Shown one piece after another: positions 8,666-17,202 of a stretch of DNA of 64,000 nucleotides. Position 1 is the stretch's first letter. The number at the start of each line of letters is the position of its first letter. The notes beneath the pieces are model-generated. The model was not told the DNA's origin, did no database searches, and saw only the letters and a program-made list of their open reading frames with translations. Both the position numbers and the translations under genes were made by a program. The DNA lies in the IMG/VR virus record IMGVR_UViG_3300027816_000057; one strand, given 5' to 3'. The stretch comes from a virus.

Positions 8666-8833
8666 TTAAGTAACTTCTTTCACCGAGAGAACTTTAATCA
8701 AATTTGGATCACAACGCAACATAAAGAAAATTTGATAAAAAGCACGCTTGCTGAATAATTCGGCATTACTAGACATTCCCTCCACATCGTAAACTTTGCG
8801 GCCTTTTTGAACTTGTGCGATGAATTTCTTCAT
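8666..8833 (-). CDS. 55-aa hypothetical protein (leaderless, not in ORF track)
   Basis: Minus-strand GATATAAT-N5-ATG; MKKFIAQVQK...; bidirectional hairpin at about 8638-8660. Confidence 0.6.
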   Translation of the reverse strand: MKKFIAQVQKGRKVYDVEGMSSNAELFSKRAFYQIFFMLRCDPNLIKVLSVKEVT

Positions 8834-8926
8834 ACGCGATTATATCGCAAGCAATCGGTAATTTTATTAGACTGTCTTTTCTTTCCTATTGAATAAAACT
8901 GTGCCGTAGGCACGATATAATGATCT

Positions 8927-9265
8927 ATGAAAGAAACCTTCACTATCGAACGAAATGGTTTCCGAATCACTGGCGAAATTAAGCCCGCTCGGAATAGTTA
9001 TATTCGCACCCATGTAACGATTCTTGATGATCGTTATGGAAACAATTCAAATTCGGCGTGGGCGGATGCCTGCGATGAAGTTTACAAGATTTACGGTGCA
9101 AGTGTAACCGAAGATAACACTGTCGGTCAAATTGTGCAAACGTCCGGTAATGCCAATCAATACGCTAATACTCCTGTTCGTGGTCGATCATTCCAAATGT
9201 CGTGTAACCTGTGGGGAAAGAAGGTACGCGAATTGCATAAGCGTATCACCGATGCTATCAAGTGA
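8927..9265 (+). CDS. hypothetical protein (leaderless)
   Basis: GATATAAT-N5-ATG; terminator at 9269-9292. Confidence 0.7.
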   Translation: MKETFTIERNGFRITGEIKPARNSYIRTHVTILDDRYGNNSNSAWADACDEVYKIYGASVTEDNTVGQIVQTSGNANQYANTPVRGRSFQMSCNLWGKKVRELHKRITDAIK

Positions 9266-9371
9266 CTTAAAGGGGATTTAATCCCCCTTTTTATTATTTT
9301 AATTTTCCTTGCTACTGGCGTCACCCGTCATTGTATTCTATCATTGTTGCGGGATAATTTTCCCGCTTTTC

Positions 9372-9473
9372 TTATCGCTTAACGTGGCCTTTTCCGTTAC
9401 AATGTTTACAAGTTTGAACGCCGTGAGGATAATAATACTTTCGTCCAATACCTTTGCAATGTTGGCATTTCAT
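9372..9473 (-). CDS. 33-aa DnaJ-type zinc-ribbon microprotein (not in ORF track)
   Basis: MKCQHCKGIG...CKHCNGKG; minus-strand GATATAAT-N5-ATG. Confidence 0.65.
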   Translation of the reverse strand: MKCQHCKGIGRKYYYPHGVQTCKHCNGKGHVKR

Positions 9474-9622
9474 GGATGATTATATCATCCAAATAGAGTT
9501 TTTAACTATGTAATATTCTTAAATCTCAGCCGGTAGGCGATATAATATATGACTAGCTACTTATCTAATAGTAATATTTATTGAAACAAATTAAAAACTA
9601 ACCATAAGCCGATAGAATAGGC

Positions 9623-9838
9623 ATGAACGAAAAGATTAACACCAAAAACGATGGCGACTTGGGATATTTAGCGTTCTATACTAAAAAGGGAAAACGAGGC
9701 GAAGTTTGGGCAAAAACATCGGCGGATGCTCAAAAAATTGCGGCGGCTTTTTGGAAGGTTAAAAAGTCCTACGAAGTTAGTGTCTATCTTTGTGTGCGAT
9801 CTGAGGGATCGGAAGTCGTCCATACGTCGGTGGATTAA
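9623..9838 (+). CDS. hypothetical protein (leaderless)
   Basis: GATAGAAT-N4-ATG. Confidence 0.7.
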   Translation: MNEKINTKNDGDLGYLAFYTKKGKRGEVWAKTSADAQKIAAAFWKVKKSYEVSVYLCVRSEGSEVVHTSVD

Positions 9839-9943
9839 CTTGACGGTGCCTGATATTATCTAAACAATAATAATTCTATTTAAATCAACTTAAAAAATCC
9901 GCTGGCAACGATATAATGTTGTGTAACCACAAGGAATTAACCG

Positions 9944-10123
9944 ATGCGAATTGATCCCGACGAATTTTTTAATGTTCTTTCTCGTTATATTGAAGAAGTT
10001 GCAAAGGATAAGATTCGAGATAAATTTAATGAGAATCACGGATATAGTAACTACGGCACCCGCGACAACCTTCATGAATCTGAAAGAGAATTGAAGGCTA
10101 TGATTGAAAATATGATGCGTTAA
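9944..10123 (+). CDS. 59-aa hypothetical protein (not in ORF track)
   Basis: Promoter at 9910; AAGGA SD; MRIDPDEFF... Confidence 0.6.
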   Translation: MRIDPDEFFNVLSRYIEEVAKDKIRDKFNENHGYSNYGTRDNLHESERELKAMIENMMR

Positions 10124-10137
10124 GGATAGAATCGGCA

Positions 10138-10446
10138 CTGCCGATTTGTTGTAGGGTTTACCCTACCGTCAATACTGAGGCTGTTACCCGACGTTAAACG
10201 TAACCAGCCTTCCTTTCGGCGGACGCTGAATAAAGGATAGACTAATCCTTGATAAAATAAAAAGTAGCCTATGGCATGTCGAAAGATTGCCAACGGCTTT
10301 AACAATATAGTCTAGAAAACCGTTAAGGGTTAGTATAGGCTACCGATTGGTGCCTCTTAACAGGCTCGCTAAAATAACCAAAAGGGACCGTTATTCTCCG
10401 GTTAGGGCTTTGACCCAACAGCCAAGAGAAATCTTGGATAATCGGA
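10138..10446 (+). ncRNA. candidate structured ncRNA of about 310 nt
   Basis: GATAGAAT at 10125; closing stem CCGATT/AATCGG; several internal stems; no credible + ORF. Confidence 0.55.
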
Positions 10447-10553
10447 AATAACACTATTTCTATGATATAATATAATGACGGTAACTTTGTAAAAGTAACA
10501 TAAAAAATTTTGCCATGTAATAAAATAATCCCATAGGGATGATATAATACATT

Positions 10554-10736
10554 GTGAAACACCTAGACAAACTTATTCAAGAATACGGCACGGATGGTAT
10601 TTCTTACCTTCTTGAATCCGTTATCCATAAAATTCCCGATGAGGATAAAAACAAAAACGGTTGGGAAAAAGAATTAAAAAAGGTGTCGGATGATCTTAAA
10701 CTCTCACTAAAGGAATACCGTGAGTCACAAGGTTAA
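10554..10736 (+). CDS. hypothetical protein (leaderless GTG)
   Basis: GATATAAT-N5-GTG. Confidence 0.6.
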   Translation: MKHLDKLIQEYGTDGISYLLESVIHKIPDEDKNKNGWEKELKKVSDDLKLSLKEYRESQG

Positions 10737-10959
10737 ATTTTACGCAATTGATAGCGGCGAACCTTCGGCGGGCATCCTTCCTTCTTTCGAGGAAATCGAA
10801 ATTAATTTTGTCCATAGTGGTCCTATGGATTTTGAGAAGGAAGATTTGGAAAACATCGCTAGTTTTTTTAGCGATTTCTACAATGGTGCCCGAATTTTGT
10901 CGGAAAAGCAATATAATGATATGATCGAAGCGGAAAATAATTTGCCCGAGTTGGATTAA
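10720..10959 (+). CDS. acidic hypothetical protein
   Basis: AAGGA SD. Confidence 0.6.
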   Translation: MSHKVKFYAIDSGEPSAGILPSFEEIEINFVHSGPMDFEKEDLENIASFFSDFYNGARILSEKQYNDMIEAENNLPELD

Positions 10960-10987
10960 AACGCCATAGGCGAGGATATAATAGAGT

Positions 10988-11218
10988 ATGAACATCGAAA
11001 TCGTCCCGATTATCCGAAAGCTTAACGAATGCCGATATGGAGATATTGTAAAGTTTGTGCCTTCAGATGGTAAAACTCATACTTGTTTGGTAATGTATCA
11101 AGGCATGGTATCTTTTAATGATCCCGAATCTACTTGGACTTATTCTTCGCAAGGCGAAGAAAATATAGTCGGAAATTATGAAGTCGAATTGGTCGGACAA
11201 CTTAAACTTTCATCGTAA
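10988..11218 (+). CDS. small beta-rich paralog family member
   Basis: MNIEI...GDIVKF...YEVELVGQL; leaderless. Confidence 0.7.
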   Translation: MNIEIVPIIRKLNECRYGDIVKFVPSDGKTHTCLVMYQGMVSFNDPESTWTYSSQGEENIVGNYEVELVGQLKLSS

Positions 11219-11296
11219 CACGATAGAATAGAGCGTAGCAACTAAGCTACAAACCTACCGGTGGTTTACCGGGGAATTCCTAAAAAGGAATTAAAC

Positions 11297-11515
11297 ATGC
11301 AGAAGCGTTTTGTTCGTAAGATGGTTTTTGTTGGCGGGCAGTATCGCGGTTGGGGCGTTATGGATACTCGATGCTGGAATACGCCGCATTGGGTTCGGGA
11401 TGTGTACGGTAATATCATCGCGGTCGAGGACGAGGATAACGCGGCGATGGTCGCAGATAATCTTAACTACGATTTTCGACTGGATTTGAATCGTGATTTG
11501 ATGCCGATTATGTAA
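11297..11515 (+). CDS. hypothetical protein
   Basis: AAGGA SD; start refined to MQKRF. Confidence 0.6.
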   Translation: MQKRFVRKMVFVGGQYRGWGVMDTRCWNTPHWVRDVYGNIIAVEDEDNAAMVADNLNYDFRLDLNRDLMPIM

Positions 11516-11533
11516 TTTCTACGAAAGATAAAA

Positions 11534-11767
11534 ATGTTTAAGATTGAATCTCGTTTTCCGGAACAATTAACTTTGGGTCAGGCTGTTAAGAGGGGAGGAA
11601 GTTTTATTTTTAAAGATAGCGAAAAAGAGGATGCTCTTGCTATCTTTGAAAACGGAAACGTCGTAGCTATTTTTAATGACGGGACTTTTACTACCGATAT
11701 CTCTATTCTTCGCCACCGAGACTTCTATCCGTGTTCGGTTGAAATTAAGGCTCTTTTGACAAATTAA
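11534..11767 (+). CDS. small beta-rich paralog family member
   Basis: MFKIE...RDFYPCSVEI. Confidence 0.65.
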   Translation: MFKIESRFPEQLTLGQAVKRGGSFIFKDSEKEDALAIFENGNVVAIFNDGTFTTDISILRHRDFYPCSVEIKALLTN

Positions 11768-11786
11768 TGAAAGTGGCTAGAAAGTG

Positions 11787-11815
11787 GCTAGGTAGAAATA
11801 CCTAGCTTCTTATTT
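11787..11815 (+). terminator. terminator with GTA-GAAA-TAC hairpin
   Basis: GCTAGGTAGAAATACCTAGC plus T-rich tail. Confidence 0.7.
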
Positions 11816-11871
11816 TGCACTAATCAAATTAGCCTGCTTTAAAAACGCCGTAGGCGGGGATATAATATCTT

Positions 11872-12153
11872 ATGATTATCCAAGACAGCCGAACGCCGGA
11901 AGAAAAGAAAAACACCATCGGTTATGTTGTGGGAACGGATAAATTTTTGTCGGGTTGGGGATCAGCCCGAGGAGGATCATCGTTTTTTGCAGTCTCTATC
12001 ACGAATCACGAGCATTTAGATAGCGTTATGAAAAAGATGAATAATCATAGCGATTTTAAAAACGTTCGATTTAATTTGCGTTCGTGGCGTCCAAAGGGTG
12101 AAGGACACACTCACATTGTTGGACCAACTAAATCAAATTGCTGGTACAAGTGA
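11872..12153 (+). CDS. conserved phage hypothetical protein (leaderless)
   Basis: TDKFLSGWGSA motif; GATATAAT-N5-ATG. Confidence 0.7.
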   Translation: MIIQDSRTPEEKKNTIGYVVGTDKFLSGWGSARGGSSFFAVSITNHEHLDSVMKKMNNHSDFKNVRFNLRSWRPKGEGHTHIVGPTKSNCWYK

Positions 12154-12164
12154 TATAATAGCCT

Positions 12165-12602
12165 ATGGCATATAAGAATAAATCTTTGATTGCAGCCTGT
12201 CTACTTTTTATTCCATCGCTCGGTGCGGGAACCGCTGGCTTCGATTGGGATAGATTCCTTGCGGCTTTGCAAAAAGTTGAATCCGGCGGGGTAAAAAATC
12301 CCGATACTGCTGTAGGCGATAACGGAAAGGCTTTAGGTCGCTATCAATTGCACCAAAACTACGTTTTGGATGCAAAGGCATACGACGGGACTTTGGTAGG
12401 CTCTTATAGGGATATAGCTACCCATCCGGTAGACTCAGGTAGGGCAGTGACAGCCTATCTAACACGGTACGGACGTGCCGATATTGAGGCGGGAAATATC
12501 GAGAATCTAGCTAAAAAGCACAATGGAGGACCGACCGGCCATAAGAAAAAGGCAACAGAAAAGTATTGGAAGAAGTTTAAAAGCATCTATGATGCGATAT
12601 AA
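12165..12602 (+). CDS. secreted lysozyme-like / lytic transglycosylase-fold protein
   Basis: Signal-peptide-like N-terminus; VESGG, GDNGKALGRYQ and HNGGP motifs. Confidence 0.75.
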   Translation: MAYKNKSLIAACLLFIPSLGAGTAGFDWDRFLAALQKVESGGVKNPDTAVGDNGKALGRYQLHQNYVLDAKAYDGTLVGSYRDIATHPVDSGRAVTAYLTRYGRADIEAGNIENLAKKHNGGPTGHKKKATEKYWKKFKSIYDAI

Positions 12603-12608
12603 TCAGTT

Positions 12609-12773
12609 ATGAAAAAGATCGATCACGAAAATGATGACAAACTTTTTCTGAAAAATTCCACGGATCGGAGAATCCATTGGACAAATTGTTATCCGAAGCG
12701 TGGGCAGAGATATAAGAAGGTTGGTTGGGCTTTTGAGTGGCGGAATAACGGAATTCGCCGACCGAATAATTAA
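12609..12773 (+). CDS. 54-aa hypothetical protein (leaderless, not in ORF track)
   Basis: GATATAAT-N5-ATG. Confidence 0.55.
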   Translation: MKKIDHENDDKLFLKNSTDRRIHWTNCYPKRGQRYKKVGWAFEWRNNGIRRPNN

Positions 12774-12775
12774 AG

Positions 12776-12847
12776 TTTGCTGTCGTCTAATGGTCGGACG
12801 CCGTAGCGGAACCTACGGAAATGTAAGTTCGAATCTTACCGGCAACA
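12776..12847 (+). tRNA. tRNA-like RNA with aberrant anticodon arm (identity undetermined)
   Basis: Gln-like D arm GTCTAATGGTCGGAC; canonical T arm GTAAG-TTCGAAT-CTTAC; anticodon arm CCGTAG-CGGAAC-CTACGG. Confidence 0.65.
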
Positions 12848-12867
12848 TTTAACAGAAAGGATATCGA

Positions 12868-13134
12868 ATGAAGATTTCTGCATCAGAGGTTAATCAGAAT
12901 AACGGTTTTTCGTGGACGGACGCCACTGTACGTGGAGGCAGTTATGTTTTCTTTCGTACTATAATGAACGAAAAGGTTCTTTCCATTGGACATTTTGAAA
13001 AAGGGGTTCGGGCGTGGTTTATCAGTCAGAATGAACCGTCCTACGGTATCGGTCTTGTTAGTGCTAACGATTCATCCTACCGCGATCTTCGCTTCTTCCC
13101 GATTCAGGAAATGAATGTTACTTATAGTAAATAA
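12868..13134 (+). CDS. small beta-rich paralog family member
   Basis: MKISA...LRFFPIQEMNV; AAAGGA SD; terminator at 13161-13190. Confidence 0.7.
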   Translation: MKISASEVNQNNGFSWTDATVRGGSYVFFRTIMNEKVLSIGHFEKGVRAWFISQNEPSYGIGLVSANDSSYRDLRFFPIQEMNVTYSK

Positions 13135-13330
13135 CCAAGTTTGATTAACTTGGCGTAAAGAAGCCTCTCCCAAAGGGGCTTTTTTTATTTTTAATCTGCC
13201 TTAATAAGTGCCGCTTGCAGGATATAATATAGTGACAGCCTACAGCGTAAAATTATTTAACTTATTTTTAAAAAATATTTTTTCTTTCCTCTAGCAATTA
13301 AATCCTAACCCCGTAGGGATATAATAGGGT

Positions 13331-13672
13331 GTAAGCGGTTGTGCTAGCCAATTGACTTACTAGCGTGCGGCGGCTTCGATCACGACGTAACGCGAATCCA
13401 TGTATCGAATAGTGGTCTTTCGTCGATGTTTACCACGATAAAAAATAATCCGAGAGTGAAAGAGTTGGAGAACTCTGACCGTACTCTGACGTAAAGTTAA
13501 ACTCATGCCGCAACGTAGCAACGGCTAAAAATAAGGGCGACGGCTTAGGGATTAGTGTAGGCTCCTAAGTTTGTATTGATAATCCGATCTAATCAATCGG
13601 GCGATAAGATTGTGTGATTAACAATTTTATAACGCACTTGGACAGCACTCCCCGAGGGTGCTGTCTGTTTTT
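13331..13672 (+). ncRNA. candidate structured ncRNA of about 340 nt
   Basis: GATATAAT at 13318; no ORF; many stems; terminator GACAGCAC/GTGCTGTC at 13641-13672. Confidence 0.6.
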
Positions 13673-13780
13673 ATAGTCCTCATTTTACCGCGTTTATTTA
13701 AGCAATAATTATAAATAAATTTCGATCAGTCAAAAAGAATAAAGTGAATTAAATACGCCGTAGGCAAGATATAATATCTT

Positions 13781-13987
13781 ATGTACCATTATTATGAACC
13801 CCGATTTTCTGTCGATCAACTTCATAATATGTATAAAGAAACGGGTGAAAAGTTCGTAGGATTTATTCATACTCAAAACAGTAATAAAGAAACTGTCAAG
13901 GTTTCTGATTTAATTACTGAAATTCGCCGTATGTATAAAGAGATTGCCGTTTATAAGGAAAGAGATCAAAAAACTGCCGTAGGCTGA
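13781..13987 (+). CDS. hypothetical protein (leaderless)
   Basis: GATATAAT-N5-ATG. Confidence 0.65.
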   Translation: MYHYYEPRFSVDQLHNMYKETGEKFVGFIHTQNSNKETVKVSDLITEIRRMYKEIAVYKERDQKTAVG

Positions 13988-13998
13988 TATAATACATT

Positions 13999-14232
13999 AT
14001 GAAAATCACATTTACCAAAAATCCTAAGAATATTCCCATTCGCCATTTGGAGCCGGGCACTATTATTAAAGTGAATTGCGGTGCGGTTTATATTGTGCCA
14101 GAAGAGAGTTATATGTTTGCTCTAATTCTAGAAAACGGATGTATTGTCGGCACCGTTTATAATATGGAAAATTTCCTATTCATTGACGATCGTGATTACG
14201 AAATTCTTGGTAAAGTTTCGGTAGTGATGTGA
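13999..14232 (+). CDS. small beta-rich paralog family member
   Basis: MKITF...LEPGTIIK...YEILGKV; leaderless. Confidence 0.7.
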   Translation: MKITFTKNPKNIPIRHLEPGTIIKVNCGAVYIVPEESYMFALILENGCIVGTVYNMENFLFIDDRDYEILGKVSVVM

Positions 14233-14259
14233 TATAATTGCTATCGCAAATAAAATAGA

Positions 14260-14332
14260 GCGTCTGTAACTCAGTTGGCAGAGTAGAGGACTTTTAATCC
14301 TTTTGTCGTAGGTTCGATCCCTACCAGACGCA
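14260..14332 (+). tRNA. tRNA-Lys(TTT)
   Basis: GCGTCTG/CAGACGC; anticodon loop CTTTTAA; canonical arms. Confidence 0.95.
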
Positions 14333-14334
14333 TT

Positions 14335-14583
14335 ATGATTAAAATTAACAGACCGAGACTTCGTATGTTTGTTCCTTTTGATGAAGCAATTGGCAGAGAT
14401 GCTTACGTTTTTCTAGAGTGTGAAAAATATCCTTCCAATGTTTATCTCTGGAATGCAGGTAATCGAATTTTAATTGAATTTGGACACGGCGTTGCTGCTA
14501 TGAACGAAATTCAGTCTATTCCTTATCGTGAATTAAATTACCGAAAAATTGAGCGTCCAGAAATTGTTATCAATTGTAAGTAA
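14335..14583 (+). CDS. small beta-rich paralog family member
   Basis: ATG 2 nt after tRNA-Lys. Confidence 0.7.
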   Translation: MIKINRPRLRMFVPFDEAIGRDAYVFLECEKYPSNVYLWNAGNRILIEFGHGVAAMNEIQSIPYRELNYRKIERPEIVINCK

Positions 14584-14772
14584 TTTTGCGTAGCAAAAAT
14601 CTATGTTGTCGGTTAAAAGATTTAAAGAGACGGATATCTAGAAAAGCAATTTTGTAGGCTGGAGCATCCTGCTAGTAGAAATACTGGCGGGATTTTATTT
14701 TTTGATCTTTCTTAATTACTACCGTAGGCTCGATATGATATAGTGACTGTTACTTTTAAAAAAAGTAACACA

Positions 14773-14913
14773 AAAAAGAAAACGGATATTTTACTATCCG
14801 TTTCTGCCTATACTCCATATGTATACCGTCCTTATAGGCTTAAGGGATATACCGACTTTAATTTTAATTCGCAGTCGAGCGAATACCGAGCCGATTTTAC
14901 TCTCCCGGTGCGA
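14773..14913 (-). ncRNA. candidate minus-strand small RNA
   Basis: Minus-strand TTAAAA-N16-TATAAT (-10 at 14919-14926); stems; terminator at 14773-14803. Confidence 0.5.
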
Positions 14914-15014
14914 AGTATATTATATCTTGCCACAAACGAATTTTAACCAATCACCAAATTTTATTCCGCACATTATCTAATTAAATTTTCACCCCGTAGG
15001 GATATAATAGATCA

Positions 15015-15266
15015 ATGCAAGAGATTAAAAAAGTTCTAGACTACGAAAATTCTTTGAAAACCGGCGATAAAGTTATTGTAAAATGGACGAATAGTTTTAA
15101 TATCTATTCGGCACCAGCTATTGTTTCTAAGATTAATTCTAAAAGTTTTAGAGTTAAACTGACTGGTGGAATTAAGGGACTTTACCCTGTTGGGCAAGAA
15201 TTTCCTGTTCCTCGATTTTTGGGTTCTGGTTGGTCGGATAACAATAGGGTGTTTCCTCTAGGTTAG
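15015..15266 (+). CDS. SH3-like hypothetical protein (leaderless)
   Basis: GATATAAT-N6-ATG; LKTGDKVIV motif. Confidence 0.65.
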   Translation: MQEIKKVLDYENSLKTGDKVIVKWTNSFNIYSAPAIVSKINSKSFRVKLTGGIKGLYPVGQEFPVPRFLGSGWSDNNRVFPLG

Positions 15267-15401
15267 AAAGATTCGCAAAAAAGTTTCAAACGTTAAAAAG
15301 ACAACGAAGGCTGGATAGAATAGGGTGTGGCGAGCGACGATAAGGGTGTTCCGAATCCTAGCCGCCGAAATGGGGAATGTTTCCCCGAAAGGATTTGAGT
15401 T

Positions 15402-15713
15402 ATGCGTATTGTTGAGAATTTTCCGTCGATCGTTCGTGCAGGTGCAGGTGGCAAGGGCCGTGTTGCTGGTCCGGTAACGCAGGGGCTTCGTACCCTTCAG
15501 CCGGGTCAGACCGCTCAGTTTGTTCTTGGGGAGTCGCCGTTTGATAACGTCTCGGATTTTGAGACTATGGCCGCTAAGGTTCGTCAGGCTGCGAATGTTA
15601 AGAATCTCGGATTCCCGGTGGCTACTCGCGTGATCGCATCGGAGCAGTCGGTGTATGTTCGGCGAAAGCTGGATAACGAAGTTCCCGATCTCGCGGTCGT
15701 CCCCGCTCGGTAA
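15402..15713 (+). CDS. hypothetical protein, possibly DNA-binding, with GC-rich codons
   Basis: GATAGAAT promoter; structured leader; AAAGGA SD; terminator at 15740-15768. Confidence 0.7.
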   Translation: MRIVENFPSIVRAGAGGKGRVAGPVTQGLRTLQPGQTAQFVLGESPFDNVSDFETMAAKVRQAANVKNLGFPVATRVIASEQSVYVRRKLDNEVPDLAVVPAR

Positions 15714-15783
15714 AAATACCGAACGTCACACTCAATAATTCCCGGTAGAAATATCGGGATTTTATTTTATCTACGGAGTAAAC

Positions 15784-16158
15784 ATGGCGACAAGAATTGT
15801 TTATCGTGTAGAAAACAAGAAAACTGGTAAAGGTCCGTATACTTGGATGCATAAAGATAGTTCAGAATGTTTTGTAAAACCTAGCGATCATACTAAAACT
15901 ATTTTTGGTACTACGTCACTTAAAAATATTATTTATTGGATCGATGAGCATATGAGGGAAGAAACAACTCTAAAAGGTTGTCATGTTGCTGCCTATCGCG
16001 TAAAACGTGCTAAAATGCTGCTGCAACCTCGATTGAAGTTGCCGCGAAAAGAATATGAAAAAATTTCTCGATATGAATTTCGGGAATGTGTTTTCGATAT
16101 TTCTGCGGCGGAAAAAATCAGCGGAATGTCATTTAAAAAAGCACGACAATTAGCTTAA
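15784..16158 (+). CDS. hypothetical protein
   Basis: GGAG SD; VYRVE..GKGPY motif. Confidence 0.65.
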   Translation: MATRIVYRVENKKTGKGPYTWMHKDSSECFVKPSDHTKTIFGTTSLKNIIYWIDEHMREETTLKGCHVAAYRVKRAKMLLQPRLKLPRKEYEKISRYEFRECVFDISAAEKISGMSFKKARQLA

Positions 16159-16304
16159 AAAATTTACCCGGTATCATCCGGGTTTTATCATTTGTTAATC
16201 ATTATTCTAAAGTCCTCATTTTAGCAAAATTTAAGCAATAATTAGAAACAAAAAATAAATAGTCGGCAGTCTAAAAAATTACCACAAATAGGATATAATA
16301 TCAC

Positions 16305-16550
16305 ATGAAATATACCGTTAAGAGTAATCGTTGTAAAGGTTGGACTCGTGATCAGCTTGTTAGCGGTCTTTATGTCGCCAAGCTAAATAGTAATCGTAGT
16401 TTGGCTGAGCATCTTGTTATGTATAGCGGAGGTAAATTTGCTATTTACAATTCTGTAAGTTCACAAATCGATACTATCGGCGGAACAACTTTTAACGAGG
16501 ACTATCGTTTCTTTCCTGTTGTGTCTTTGAATGTTGAAATTGAGGAGTAA
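16305..16550 (+). CDS. small beta-rich paralog family member
   Basis: ...DYRFFPVVSLNVEI; leaderless. Confidence 0.7.
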   Translation: MKYTVKSNRCKGWTRDQLVSGLYVAKLNSNRSLAEHLVMYSGGKFAIYNSVSSQIDTIGGTTFNEDYRFFPVVSLNVEIEE

Positions 16551-16701
16551 TTTAGATAATCGCCTACCGGCGATTTTTTTTGTTTTTCAATTAAAATATG
16601 TCGCGTAACATGATATAATATAATGACGACGCCTATTATAAAATAATAAAAATTATTTTTTACCGTTGATTAAAAACACCGTAGGTACGATATAATAAGA
16701 T

Positions 16702-17202
16702 ATGAACCAACTCTCTATTAATATTTATCCAGCTCCATCGGTCCAGCCGGTTTATGAGTCTCTTGATTATACTAGTAAGCGTGGTATTTATAAAATTGAG
16801 GGTGATGCTGAATATCCTTATTATGTTTTTCTAGGTAACTCTACTTATCATGTCGCACAGCGTAATAATCTGCACCATTCTCAGAATATGGAAGGTCTGA
16901 ATAAGGGAGGTTTTAAATATACCTTTATTACCGATGAATATTCGGTGAAGGATAATAAAATCTCGTTTGAGATTCCCCAAAGTAAACCGCTAAATTTGAA
17001 AGATAATCCCCCAAGTCCGGGAACGATGATTCAGGTAAACATAAGTGGTGATTACAATACTGATATTTTTATTGTTCCTAATTTTAAAACCGACCATCCT
17101 GCAGTAGTTCGTGGTAATAGAATTGTTTATTCTGTTTGTACGTTCGAAGAGTGGATGAGTGCAGCATATGAATATCGAATTGTTGGTAAAAATTCCAATT
17201 AA
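16702..17202 (+). CDS. two-domain member of the small paralog family
   Basis: GIYK...YTF domain plus PGTMIQV...YRIVGK domain; leaderless. Confidence 0.7.
   Translation: MNQLSINIYPAPSVQPVYESLDYTSKRGIYKIEGDAEYPYYVFLGNSTYHVAQRNNLHHSQNMEGLNKGGFKYTFITDEYSVKDNKISFEIPQSKPLNLKDNPPSPGTMIQVNISGDYNTDIFIVPNFKTDHPAVVRGNRIVYSVCTFEEWMSAAYEYRIVGKNSN

Noticed and set aside
13370-13672. tmRNA, suggested by a GGCTTCGA start and a pk1-like pseudoknot followed by AAAAAATAATC
   Set aside because: No tRNA-Ala-like ends, no T-loop or CCA, and no convincing tag reading frame.
14743-14946. 67-aa ORF from the ORF track
   Set aside because: The GTG lies too close to the -10 box and the ORF runs through a terminator and an antisense unit.
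5167-16660. CRISPR array
   Set aside because: Repeats are degenerate, irregularly spaced and separated by whole genes; no cas genes.
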